From assembly GCA_963804645.1 (NCBI GenBank), contig CAWDRG010000017.1, forward strand, positions 512,001-576,000: 64,000 nt of DNA, read 5' to 3'. The notes below the pieces were generated by a model. The model saw only the letters and a program-made list of their open reading frames with translations. It ran no database searches and had not been told where the DNA came from. Positions within the stretch are counted from its first letter, which is position 1, and each line of letters begins with the position of its first letter. The stretch is from an uncultured Bacillota bacterium. GTDB taxonomy: Bacteria; Sysuimicrobiota; Sysuimicrobiia; Sysuimicrobiales; Segetimicrobiaceae. The position numbers and the translations under genes are program-made. This document shows, in pieces, positions 1-10,409 of this stretch.

Positions 1-879
1 GTCACGTCCACGGTGTCCGGCTGCGTGCCGGGCCCCGGATCGGCCTTCACGTCGGAGAAGTACTTGAGCGCGTACAGCTTCTTGAAGCTGGCGTTGATCT
101 CGTTCGCGTTGAACACGTCCCCGACCTTGAACGTCAGGTTGCGGAGGACGACGTACTCCTTCGTCTTGTGCAGCCCCACGAACTTGATCGCCTCGATCTT
201 GCCCTCGATGATCGTGACCGACAGCACGCCCTGGTCATCGACCGAGATATCCGAGACGCGCGCGAGCACGTAGCCGCGGTCCTGGTAGATCTTGTTCACC
301 GCCTGCGCGCCCTGACCGCATCGTCACGGTGTTCAGCACCTGCCCCGGTCCGATGCCGATCGCTTTCTCGATGTCGGCGGTGCTCACCACGGTGTTGCCG
401 TTGATCTTCACCGCGGTGACGACGGGATTCTCGGCCACGATGAACACCACCGTGACGCCGTCGGCCGTGGGCTCGAGGCGGACGGCGACGTCGGCGAACA
501 GCCCGAGCCCGAGAATCGACTGCACGTCATTGCGCAGGGTCTCTTCGTTCAGCGGGTCGCCGGGCTTGGTCGCCACCGCGGCGAGCACCGTGGCGGTCGG
601 CACGTGGTCGTTACCGCGCACCTGCACGTCGCTGATCTTCTGCGGCGGCAGCGTCTGCTGCGGCACCCCGGGGACCGGCGTGAACGGAGACGGCCCGGTG
701 GGGGTAGGCGGCGGCGTCTGCGGCTGCCCGGGCTGGGGTGCCTGGCCGGGCTGCGGCGTCGTGATGTTGAACGGCTGCGCCGCGAGCGGACCCGCCCCGT
801 ACCAGGCGAACAGCAGCACCCCGAGCAGGATGCCCGCCGCCGCGCGTACCGGTCCGATCCGTCTGAAGAATGCGCCCAC
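1..879 (-). CDS. bamA: BamA/Omp85-family outer membrane assembly factor, 5' part with POTRA domains (runs off the window; apparent +1 frameshift near 315)
   Basis: GTG at 879 follows a GGAGGT SD. Signal peptide, Pro/Gln-rich linker, then POTRA repeats (ISDVQVRGN...DVQSILGLGLFADV; VTAVKINGNTVVS). The shifted frame continues NKIYQDRGYVLARV...IIEGKIEAIKFVGLHKTKEYVVLR. Confidence 0.85.
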
Positions 880-1059
880 GCTGACCTCCGCGATAGTGCA
901 TGATATGCTGCCGCGCCGCCACCGAGGATCCCTCCCGCGCGCCCCCGTCAAAATGTGCCGGCCGGACGCCCGGCGTCGGGGGGCGAGAGCAGCGTGGCCG
1001 CTTCGCCGGACGCCGGCGCAAGCCACCTGGAGCGCAGCACCACGTCGTCGACGACTCGG

Positions 1060-1489
1060 TCACCGAACGTCCGCGCCGCAGCCGCCCACCGACACCTCGC
1101 GGGGCGGGAACGGCGGGAGCGTCAGCGCGCCGCCCGGGTCCAGCCGGATCACGTCCTCCGGCGCCGGTGCGGCGGATGCGGCCCGCGCCGCCGGCGTTGC
1201 CGCCGGTGCCGTCGCGCCGACGCCCAGGAACGCGGCGTATCCGACGGCGACGATCACGGCCGCAGCCCCGAGCGCCAGCGCGGCAGTCGGAACACGCCGC
1301 GCCCGCGGTGCGGGCGGCTCGGCCGCCAGCTGCATGCCGGCCTCGCGCGCACGGCGGACCTCCGCTTCGGCCAGCATCAGCCGGAGCACGGCCGCGCGGT
1401 GATCGCCGCGGCGGTGGTCACGCCGGGCACAGCGCCAGCCACTCCTCCGCGTGGCGCAGATGATCGAGCAGCGCGTCGGGCCGCCGCAT
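1060..1489 (-). CDS. Small single-pass membrane protein, candidate anti-sigma factor (apparent +1 frameshift near 1433)
   Basis: ATG at 1489 lies 4 nt after the sigma stop. Repairing one base gives MRRPDALLDHLRHAEEWLRCARRDHRRGDHRAAVLRLMLAEAEVRRARE, then a TM helix (AALALGAAAVIVAVGYAAFLGV) and a short Pro/Ala tail. Confidence 0.55.
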
Positions 1490-1493
1490 CGCG

Positions 1494-2151
1494 CTACTCG
1501 GGCACCCGCTGCGCCGAGAGCCCGGGTCCCGCCGGGGCGATCGCCTCTCGGAGCCGCTGGAGCGCGTGCTTCTGGAGCCGGTAGAAGTGGGACAGGCTGA
1601 TGCTGAGGTCCCGCGCGATCCGGCGCGGCTCCTCGGCCCGCAGAAACTGCCCGCGCAGGATGCGCCGTTCGCGCTCGTCCGGCAGGCGGTCGATCGCGGC
1701 CGCGATCTGATGCACGAGCACGCCGTCCTCGACGGACGCCAGCAGGTCGGCCGCCGCGGGATCCGGGAACTGCTCCAGCACGGCGTCTCCGGCGGCGTCA
1801 GCGGCGCCCGCCAGCCGCTCCGATCTCAGCGCGTTCAGGATCCGTCCCCGGATCCGATAGGTCGCGAACGTACTGAATCGCACCCCCCGCGCCGGATCGA
1901 ACCGCTCCACGGCCTGAATCAGCCCCACGGTCCCCTCCTGGATCATATCCATGAGGATCGCCTCGCGCAACCGCAGATGGGTCGCGATCTTGAACACGAG
2001 CGGCTGGTACGCCTCGATCAGGCGCGCCCGGCTGCGGCCGTCGCCCCGGCCTCGATACGCCGCCCAGAGCCGGGCCTCCTCGGCCGGCTTGAGCAGCGAC
2101 ACCGTTATGCAGTTCTCGCAGGTACTCCGCAAACAACGCTCCACGCTCCAT
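1494..2151 (-). CDS. Sigma-70 family RNA polymerase sigma factor (short form; apparent +1 frameshift near 2103)
   Basis: Region 1.2-like FAEYLRELH-VSLLKPAEEARLW is split across two frames. Region 2: DMIQEGTVGLIQAVERFDPARGVRFSTFATYRIRG. Region 4 HTH: LPDERERRIL...IARDLSISLSHFYRLQKHALQRLR. Confidence 0.85.
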
Positions 2152-2220
2152 TTCTACAGTATCCACGCGCGCGGGCCGCGACTCTCCTCGAGCCGCCCCC
2201 GGCGCCGGGACCGGGCGTGC

Positions 2221-5200
2221 CTAAAACGGGATGCGGGCCAGCAGATAGAACACGTTGTCTCCCAAACTGTCCACATTATACGACGCGGACAGCGTGGGAC
2301 TGAGATTATACTGAATCCCGAGCACGGTATACGGCTGCCCGGTCGGGTTGAGGGGGGCGACGGTCCCGAAGCCCGGCCGCGTGTAGGCCGACGACCTCCC
2401 CAGGACCTCCCCGAGCGAGAGATACACGTTCGTCAGGATATACTTCCCGATCTGCACATTCAGCGGGCTCTGCGCATCGTACGAGATCGTCAGCGCGTCC
2501 AGGCCGAACGCCTGCTGCATCGACGACGAGATCGACCCGAACACCACCTGGCTCAGGAGGCCGCCCGGCGAGCTCTGCCCGCCGCTGGTGCCCGCGACCA
2601 GCGCGAGCACTTGGTCTTGGCTCATCGGCGGATCGGAGGTCCAGCTCAGCGTCGGCGTCGGCAGCACGCCGTCGACGTTCAAGAACACGCGCGTCGGGCC
2701 GTAGAGTCCCTGCGCGGTCACGGAGATGTGCGGAAAGAGCCCGGACCCCTCGGAAAACGTCAGGGCGCCCTGCGAGACCGTGTACGGCGTCCCCAGAATG
2801 TTGATCGTGCCGTTGACCGCCTGGATCTGCCCGGTGAGAACCGGCCTGCCGATCGTGCCGCCGATGTGCAGCCCGCCGGTGAGCCGGGCGCGCGCGGGGC
2901 CCTGCACGTAGTTCACGGCGTCGCCGAGCACGACCGAGGTGTCGAGCCGGATCGGCACGTCGCTGAGGGTGCCGGGGCCGGCCGCCTCGGTCACCGCGAC
3001 GGTGCCGTGCGAGAGGTTGATGGTCCCGGCCAGCGTCGGCCGCAGCGCGGGACCCGAGAGGCTGAGCGAGCCGTCGACCCCGCCGGAGTAGAGCCCGGGC
3101 ATCACGACGGTGATGTTCGTGCCGCTCAGGACGAGCGCGACGGTGTCCGGCCGCAGATCCTTCACGGAGACCGTCCCCTGTCCGGTCAGCGTGCCTCCGC
3201 CCATCGTGGCCGAGAGCTGCTGCAGCTCGATCTGCGACTGGGAGAAGTTGATGTTGATGTTGAGGTTCTCCACCGGGGTCGTGAGCGGCCCGATGAGGAA
3301 GCGTCCGCCGTGGGACTGGAGGACGCCCGTCATCTCGGGGTTCGCGGGGGTCCCCCCGATCGTGACGTCGCCGGCGATCGTGCCGCTGGCGTCGCGGATC
3401 GCGGGCGTAAACAGCGTCAAGAACGAGAGGTCGGTGTCGGCCAGCGACAGCCGCAGATCGAGCGGGCCGTTCGGCGTGAGGCCGAATGCGGACGGATCGA
3501 CCGGCAGCGTGCCCTCGAGCGCGAGCTCGTGGGTGCCTTTGTCGATCGTCCCATTTTCTACCGTGACGATGCCGTCCTTGTAGAACGCGAGCACGGCGAT
3601 CTGATCCACCGTGGCGTTGGGGAGCCCGGCGTTGGCCGCCTGGAACGACAGACCCGCGGTGGGGTCGCGGGTCGGCCCGCCGAACTGGACCGTGAAGTTC
3701 AGCGTCCCGGCCAAGACGTCCTTCGGGCCCATGCGAAACAGGGGACGCAGGAGGTTCGCGTCGAGATTCTGACCCGACAGCTCGACACTGCTGGTGCCCT
3801 CGAGCTCGACGCGGCCCTTCGCCGAGATCGAGCCCTGCTGCGGATGCAGCTCGAGGGTCTGGATGTCGACGACGCCGTGCGCGAGGACCAGGTCCGCGGT
3901 GCCGGTCCCGACGGGAATCCCGCTGACCTGGCCGTCCTGCATCGTGATCACCAGATGCGCCGTGGGATCCGCGAGCGCGCCGTCGAGCGCCACCGTGCCG
4001 TCGATCGTCCCGGCGACCGGCACCGGCGGCGCCGCGGACGTTGCGCGGAAGATCGTGGCGAGCTGCCCGTGCTGCACGGTGAAGTTGAGGTCCGCGGTCG
4101 GCTTCGACCCCATCTTGATCACGCCGGTCACGCCATAGCGCTGATCCTGCTGCGTCAGCGAGACCGGCGCCACGGTCAGGGCTTGGGCTCGATAGTCGAT
4201 CGCGCCCGACGCCTGGAAGGCCTGTCCGTTGATCGAGAGCCCGGGCGAGGCGACGGTCGCCTTGAGCTCAGGATCCTTCATCGTGCCCGTCACCTGGCCG
4301 GACAGCGAGACCGTGCCTGCCAGCGCGAGTCCCCACTGCCCGAGGGAGGGAATGTCCGACAGGTGGATCCGGTCGGCCGTGAACGCCAGGTCGACGGCGC
4401 CGCCGAAATCCACCAGGCCGGACGCGTCGAGCCGCGAGTCGTTGACCGCCGCGGAGAACGACTCGATCCGCACCTGCCCGCCGGTTCCGGCGAACTCGAT
4501 GGACGCCGCGTCGATGCGCTGGCCCGAGACCGTCCCCTGCGCGAACGCCACGGTTCCGGACACCGCCGGGTGCGCGAGCGGCCCGGCGACCGCGATGCGC
4601 CCCGCGAGCGTGCCCGAGACGTCGATCCCGGGCACGAGCGCGTGGGCGAGCGGGCCCGCCGGGACTCCCCGGGCCTGCACCGAGACGCCTTCGGCGAACA
4701 GCGGGTGCAGCCCGACCTCCCCGCTCACGTCGTAGGACGCCCCGCCGCGGACCAGGGCCAGCCCCGACGAGCCGATGCGCTGCGGCCCCGCGTCCACGTC
4801 GCCGGTGGCAAGGTCGAACGGCACGAGGCCCAGGCGCCCGTCCCACGCGGTGACCGCGCCGGAGACCACCGGCGCGGTCACCGTGCCCGTGAGCCGGCCT
4901 TCCAGATCGGCCTGCCCGGAGAGTCCGAGCATGGCGTCCTCCGCCTGCGGCGCGCCGAACCATCCCGGGATCTGCTCCAGCGGAACGTCGTAGACCGACA
5001 TCGCAAGATCCATGCCGCCCGCCGGGGTGATCCCGCCGAACCCGTACGCGACGGCGCCGCCGCGGCGCAGAGTGACAAAGTCGAGGGCCAACGCCCCCTG
5101 GTCGTCCCAAAACAGCGCGTGCAGATCATTGAACGACATGCCGCGCGCGGACCCGGCGGGCATCGTCACGGCGCCCAACAGGCGCGCCCGGTCACCGGTG

Positions 5201-6603
5201 CCCACCCCGGCGATGTCGCCCGACACCCGACCGCCGACGTCCGCCGGCACCGCGAGCCCGGTCTCACCCAGGGCCTGCAGATCCACGTCGTCGGCGGTGG
5301 TCGCAAACGCGTACGACCCCGAGGTCCCCGACACCCCGACCAGCCCGCTGCCCGCGACGTGTCCGCCCGCGACTCGCGCGGAGAGGTCGCTCACCGCGAA
5401 CAGACCCCCGCCGTACTGAAACCGGGTCCGCAGGCCCGAGAACGCGGCCGCGTTCACCCGGCCCGCCGCCGCGTCGACGGTCCCGTCCAGGTAGGGCGCG
5501 TCGATCGGTCCCGAGATCCACACGTTGCCGCTGGCCTGTCCCGCGAGCCGGATCCCGCCGCTCGCGAAGAACAGCCGGCGGACCATCCCAAGATCGACGC
5601 GCTGGGACGTGACGACGAGATCAAGCCATGTCTGGGCCCGCGCGGGAAAGTCCACGGTGCCCCGGACCTGGACCGGTTCGCCGTTCACGACCGCCGACAG
5701 GCGCGACGTGCCCGCGCGGTCGTCGCCCAGCACGATGGTGCCGGACAGGCTGCGGACGTTCAGGCGGCCCGGCAGGTACTCGATCGCGCCATCGCGGAGC
5801 CGGATCGTGGCCGAGTAGTCGAGCGTCGTCTCGCCGCCCTCGGGCGTGATGAGCATATGCGCCCGCGCGTCGAACCGCCCGCCGCCCCAGCGGATCTCCT
5901 GCAGGCGGACGAGATAGGCGCCCCAGCGCTTCGCGTCGCCGTCGTTCCAGGTCACGTCGAAATCGAAAATGCCGTCCGCCTCGAGGTACTCGCCCTGCAC
6001 GGCCGCCTGCTCCCCGTCCGTGCTTCGCCCCGAGAGCGCGAACGCGACCTGCCGGCCGGGGCGAAACTCGATCGTGCCGGCGATGCCGGAGAACCGCGTC
6101 GCAAACGGCGCGGACGCCGACTCCCAGCCGTCCGAGAAGCCCACGATCCCGCCCCGGACGACGACGCGGCCGTGCAGCTGCGGTCCAAGCGAGGTCTGGG
6201 TGCGGCTCAGATAGTCCTCGAAGTTCCACGCGCCCGCTGCGTCCCGCGCGACGGCGATCCGCGGGGTCACGAGGTCCACCTCGGCGACACTCTGCGTCAC
6301 GTCGCCGGGGTGGGTCAGCAGCGCACCCAGGTCGAGCCCGATGTGAATCTGATCCGCGGAAAACGCCACGCCCCGGCTGAACCCGCCGGGCTCGGCGATC
6401 ACGAGGTCGCGCAGATCAAAGCCCCGCCAGGGATCCCCGCCGACGCTGCCGAGGGCCACCGGCCGCCCGAGAGCCTGCCCGAGACGCGTGACCAGTTGCT
6501 GCCGGACCACCGCTGAGAGCCATCCGCTTGAGACAAACACCTCCCAGGCGGCGGTCGCGATCAGGACCACCATCGCGGCGGCGGCCAGTAGCCGCCAAGG
6601 CAC
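2221..6603 (-). CDS. tamB: TamB/AsmA-like translocation and assembly module protein (about 1460 aa)
   Basis: N-terminal TM anchor (WRLLAAAAMVVLIATAAWEVF), long Gly-rich beta-taco repeats, DUF490-like C-terminus (SDPPMSQDQVLALV...FGLDAL...QIGKYI). The start codon is approximate. Confidence 0.85.
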   Translation of the reverse strand: MPWRLLAAAAMVVLIATAAWEVFVSSGWLSAVVRQQLVTRLGQALGRPVALGSVGGDPWRGFDLRDLVIAEPGGFSRGVAFSADQIHIGLDLGALLTHPGDVTQSVAEVDLVTPRIAVARDAAGAWNFEDYLSRTQTSLGPQLHGRVVVRGGIVGFSDGWESASAPFATRFSGIAGTIEFRPGRQVAFALSGRSTDGEQAAVQGEYLEADGIFDFDVTWNDGDAKRWGAYLVRLQEIRWGGGRFDARAHMLITPEGGETTLDYSATIRLRDGAIEYLPGRLNVRSLSGTIVLGDDRAGTSRLSAVVNGEPVQVRGTVDFPARAQTWLDLVVTSQRVDLGMVRRLFFASGGIRLAGQASGNVWISGPIDAPYLDGTVDAAAGRVNAAAFSGLRTRFQYGGGLFAVSDLSARVAGGHVAGSGLVGVSGTSGSYAFATTADDVDLQALGETGLAVPADVGGRVSGDIAGVGTGDRARLLGAVTMPAGSARGMSFNDLHALFWDDQGALALDFVTLRRGGAVAYGFGGITPAGGMDLAMSVYDVPLEQIPGWFGAPQAEDAMLGLSGQADLEGRLTGTVTAPVVSGAVTAWDGRLGLVPFDLATGDVDAGPQRIGSSGLALVRGGASYDVSGEVGLHPLFAEGVSVQARGVPAGPLAHALVPGIDVSGTLAGRIAVAGPLAHPAVSGTVAFAQGTVSGQRIDAASIEFAGTGGQVRIESFSAAVNDSRLDASGLVDFGGAVDLAFTADRIHLSDIPSLGQWGLALAGTVSLSGQVTGTMKDPELKATVASPGLSINGQAFQASGAIDYRAQALTVAPVSLTQQDQRYGVTGVIKMGSKPTADLNFTVQHGQLATIFRATSAAPPVPVAGTIDGTVALDGALADPTAHLVITMQDGQVSGIPVGTGTADLVLAHGVVDIQTLELHPQQGSISAKGRVELEGTSSVELSGQNLDANLLRPLFRMGPKDVLAGTLNFTVQFGGPTRDPTAGLSFQAANAGLPNATVDQIAVLAFYKDGIVTVENGTIDKGTHELALEGTLPVDPSAFGLTPNGPLDLRLSLADTDLSFLTLFTPAIRDASGTIAGDVTIGGTPANPEMTGVLQSHGGRFLIGPLTTPVENLNININFSQSQIELQQLSATMGGGTLTGQGTVSVKDLRPDTVALVLSGTNITVVMPGLYSGGVDGSLSLSGPALRPTLAGTINLSHGTVAVTEAAGPGTLSDVPIRLDTSVVLGDAVNYVQGPARARLTGGLHIGGTIGRPVLTGQIQAVNGTINILGTPYTVSQGALTFSEGSGLFPHISVTAQGLYGPTRVFLNVDGVLPTPTLSWTSDPPMSQDQVLALVAGTSGGQSSPGGLLSQVVFGSISSSMQQAFGLDALTISYDAQSPLNVQIGKYILTNVYLSLGEVLGRSSAYTRPGFGTVAPLNPTGQPYTVLGIQYNLSPTLSASYNVDSLGDNVFYLLARIPF

Positions 6604-6647
6604 CGCGCGCGTCCGGGAGGGCCGGGCCGGGCCCGGCGGGGCGCCTG

Positions 6648-8442
6648 TCAGTGCGCGCCGCCCCCGATCCGCAGCAGGATGGGAATACGTCCGTCCAGCA
6701 CCCAGGGCGTCGTCAGCGTCGACGAGATCCGCCCGGCCCCGGGGCCGGTCTGCGCGCCGGGGGGCACGGCGGTCGTCAGGATCTCCGCGACGATGTCGGT
6801 GTGCCGCTCCTGCTGCTCGAACAGGCGGATCGCCTCCGTCAGGCTGCCCGCCACGGGCGGCGTTTGCCCGGCGGCTGGGACGGTGCCGCCGTTCGGCAGC
6901 ACCGTCGTGGTCCCGGCCCGCACCACCAGCAGCGCCGGACCCGGGGGAAGATCGGCCGGGACGGTGACGGTGACGTCGCGGGTCTCGGGCTCGCCGCGGA
7001 ACGGCCGCACGGTGACGCGCACGTGCAGCAGTTCGCCGGGCGCGACGACGCGGGTGTCGACGTCCGCGGCGGTAATCAGCGCGGTCTCCTGGCGGCTGGT
7101 CACATGAATGTCCATCTCCATGTCGGTGGGCAGCACGTCGGTGAAGTCGTTGCTGAAGGCGAGGCGCAGCGCCGCCGGCACTTCCGAGAGCGCCTGCCCG
7201 GCGATGTCGCTCGCGCTGTAGAATCGGTTGTCGCGCGTGATCGCGTCCGGCAGACCGCGGCCCCGCACGGTCATCGTCACCTGCGGCCGTGCCGGCGCCG
7301 GAGCGGTTCAGCGCGCGCTCGATCGCCTCTCGGGCCCCGAGCGTGACGAGCGCCGGCGCCAGCGTCTTGTCGGGCAGCACTTGATACACGAAGCGGCGGG
7401 ACGCGCCCGAGTCGTCGTCGGTCACCCGGACCACGACGCCGAACAGCCGCGGCAGCACCCCGATCGTCCCGCCGACCGCCGCCGGACGGTCCTCCGTAAT
7501 GACGCCGACGACCGCGCCGGCCGCGCCGACTTTGATGTTCTGGGACAGCCCGCGCACCGTCTGTAAAATGGTCGCGTTCGTCAGCGCGTACGTCGCCGGC
7601 CCCAAGTTCATGAAGGGATGGCCGAAGGCCACCAGCCGGTTGCCGTCGCGGTACGTCAGCGTGCCGATCGCATACGCGCCGATGTCCCCGCGCAGCAGCG
7701 CGACCCCGATCGCGCTCCCCGGCTCCAGCGGCATCGACGGCGGCAGCGCGGCCGACGACCCGCCGGCCATCGGCTCGACCCCCATCGGCTCCAGCACTTG
7801 TGCGAGAGACGCCCGCGCGGCGTCGTCGAGCCCCGACAGAAACAGCGGCGTCGCCGCCGGCACCGCGACAAGCGTGCCGGGCGCCGTCCGCGCGACGGCG
7901 CGCCGGGACGCCGCGACCGTAATGTGTCGGATCACCTGGCCGCCGACGCGGAGCGGCGCGATCGCCACCGTCCGGGTGGACGGGACCGCCGCCGTTCGCG
8001 GCAGGTCGCGCAGCATGTACTCAATCGGCGTAAAGAGCCCGATGAACGGATCGGACGCCTGGAACGAGTAGCTGAACGCCCCCGCCAGCCGCCCGCCGAG
8101 ATAAATCGGGCTTCCGCTCATCCCGGCGGCCAGTCCCCCGGCGCTCTGCAGCGCCGGCCCGGACGCACGGAACAGCACGAGATCCCCGGCCGGTCCCGCG
8201 TTGCGCAGGATGCCGAGCACGCGCACCTGAAACTCCGAGAGGCGGGTGCCGACCAGCACCGTCCGACCCGTGCCGGTCATGCCGACGGTGATCGCCGACA
8301 CCGGCAGCACCGCGGGCCCCTGTGCGGAGCGCGCCGGAACGGCCGGGGCAGTCGTGCCGAGCACGACCACCGCCGCGATGGCCGCCCAGCGGGCCCGACC
8401 GACGTGCCGGTGCATCCATCGACCCGCCATCCGACCCGCCAT
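6648..8442 (-). CDS. SpoIVB/peptidase S55 domain protein, copy 1 (apparent +1 frameshift near 7287)
   Basis: Signal peptide, GGLAAGMSGSPIY, TPIEYML, AIGTLTYRDGNRLVAFGHPF. The C-terminal part is in ORF 6648-7280 and is collinear with copy 2. Confidence 0.8.
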
Positions 8443-8447
8443 CGCCG

Positions 8448-10250
8448 CTACCTCACCGTCATCGGGATTTGGAACTTGCCGAGCACCACCCACTGGGTCG
8501 GCACCGTCGTGCCCGCCGGCGTCTCGATGTCGGGGTTCGCGTTGCTCCCGACCGCGGCGAGCACCGCCTCGGGCACCAGCTCGACGAGCACCTCAGTATT
8601 CTTGCCCGCGTCCTCGAATTGTGCGACCGCTTCCTCAAGCGACGCGGTCCCGGTCGGCGTTCCCTCCTGCCCGACGAGGGCCTGGAACACCTCGGCCGGA
8701 GACGCCCCGGTGCCGTTGTTCAACGTGCCCGCGGTGCCCACCAACAGGAACGCGGGGCCGGTCGGAAAGGTGCGGGGCACGGTAAACTGGACGATGCGGC
8801 TGAGGTCCTCAGACTCCCCGTACGGCCGCACCGCGACCGCGACCCGCATCGTGTCCCCGGGCCGCACCTCGCGCGTGCTGGGCCGCGCCGAGACGAGCAG
8901 GGCGGTGTCAGCGCGGCTCGTCACCGTGATGGTGATGGTCATGTCGATCGGGTCGATGCTCTGGAAAAAGTTGCCGAACAAGAGCTGCGTGGCGCCCGGC
9001 ACGTCGAGCGCGGAGGCGGTCGCGATATCGCCGATATCGTACGCGAGATCCTCGCGCACGATCGCGTCGGGGACGTCGCGGGCGCGCAGCGAGATGCTCA
9101 CCTGCGCGGACCCTCCCGCGACCTGATCCATCGCCCGCTGGATCAGGCTCAGCGCCGTGGTCGGCACGAACGCTTCGGCCAGGTCCGGCCGGCGCACGAC
9201 CTGCGCCCCGTACGACTGGGTCTTGCCGGTATCGGCATTCCGCACCTGCACCCGCACGCCGAACGTGCGGGGGAACTGCCCCACGGTCCCGGCGATCCCG
9301 ACCCCGCGGTCCTGCGAGATCATCCCCACGAGGCCGCCGATGCTGCCTTCCTTAAAAGGTTCGTTCAGCGAGCGGACGATCGTATCGATGTACGCGGTGG
9401 TCAGCATCATCGACGCCGAGCCCGCGTTCAGCATCGGGTGCCCGAACGCCAGAATCTGGTCCCCCCGGCGGTAGGTGACGGTGCCGATGCCCCCCATCTC
9501 GGCGTCCCCCCGCACCAGCTCCACGCCGAGCGAACTCCCGGGCTGCAGCGGCGGCGCCGCAAACGACGCCGACCCGGCGTACTGCTGGCGCGGGCTGACG
9601 TTGAACCGGCGGAGCGCCCGCGACAGAACCTGAAACGCCCCGGGCGTGACGCCGGACGCGAACAGCGACATCGCAGCCGGTGCGAACGCGGCGAGACCCG
9701 GCAGCGGGTGGGCGTTGTAGACCGCCGCGTCCGCGGCGGAGTTCATCACGAGCACGCGGGAGATCCGCCGCCCATCCGGCGCCGCGATCGGCCGGTCGGC
9801 CTGATACATCCCGGAGGCCGGCGACGCGCCCACGCCCGCGGGGGCCCCGAGGACTTTCAGCATCGCCTCGATCGGCGTCGCGAGGCTCAGGTCCGCGTCC
9901 GGCCCGGGAAACTCGTACCCGTAGCTGAGCGCGCCCAGCATGCGCCCGCCGATGTAGATCGGGCTCCCGCTCATCCCCGCCGCGTTGCCGCCGGCTTCCC
10001 GAATCGCGGGACCGCCGGCGCGGAACAGGACGAGGTCGGTCGGACCGCCGTGAAGAATGCCGAGGATCTTGACGTCGAACCGCTGGATCGTGGTACCGTG
10101 CAGTACCGTCAGGCCGTAGCCGGTCATGCCCGCCCGCACCGCGCTGATCGGCATCGTCGGCGGACCCGCCGGGCCCGCGGCCAGACCTTCGGACGCGGCG
10201 GCCCCGAGGCAGATCGCCAGGATGACCGCTATCGCTCCCACCCTCCGCAC
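8448..10250 (-). CDS. SpoIVB/peptidase S55 domain protein, copy 2
   Basis: GTG at 10250 after a GAGGGGG SD. Signal peptide, GMTGYGLTV, AGMSGSPIY, TPIEAML, GIGTVTY...LAFGHP. Confidence 0.85.
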   Translation of the reverse strand: MRRVGAIAVILAICLGAAASEGLAAGPAGPPTMPISAVRAGMTGYGLTVLHGTTIQRFDVKILGILHGGPTDLVLFRAGGPAIREAGGNAAGMSGSPIYIGGRMLGALSYGYEFPGPDADLSLATPIEAMLKVLGAPAGVGASPASGMYQADRPIAAPDGRRISRVLVMNSAADAAVYNAHPLPGLAAFAPAAMSLFASGVTPGAFQVLSRALRRFNVSPRQQYAGSASFAAPPLQPGSSLGVELVRGDAEMGGIGTVTYRRGDQILAFGHPMLNAGSASMMLTTAYIDTIVRSLNEPFKEGSIGGLVGMISQDRGVGIAGTVGQFPRTFGVRVQVRNADTGKTQSYGAQVVRRPDLAEAFVPTTALSLIQRAMDQVAGGSAQVSISLRARDVPDAIVREDLAYDIGDIATASALDVPGATQLLFGNFFQSIDPIDMTITITVTSRADTALLVSARPSTREVRPGDTMRVAVAVRPYGESEDLSRIVQFTVPRTFPTGPAFLLVGTAGTLNNGTGASPAEVFQALVGQEGTPTGTASLEEAVAQFEDAGKNTEVLVELVPEAVLAAVGSNANPDIETPAGTTVPTQWVVLGKFQIPMTVR

Positions 10251-10409
10251 GCTCGTCCCCCCTCGTGGCCTCATCGGTGTGACCCCGGCGCCGTCGCGCG
10301 ACGACCGTGTGCTCTCGGCGCCTTGGGCACCGCGGACATCCCCCGAAAACGGCACGAGGGGCACGCGCGCATGCCCCTCCTCACCGGCTGCTCCGGTCCC
10401 CGAGGACCG

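Noticed and set aside
1951..6516. 1521-aa plus-strand ORF, and similar long antisense ORFs such as 29169-32021 and 34341-37418
   Set aside because: These are Arg/Gly/His-rich shadow ORFs opposite well-supported genes, expected at this GC content.
2221..8493. 2090-aa S55 protease-TamB fusion in the ORF track
   Set aside because: The stretch from about 7287 to 6610 is out-of-frame nonsense. The true protease C-terminus is in ORF 6648-7280 and matches the paralogue, and TamB has its own N-terminal anchor. This is a frameshift artefact.
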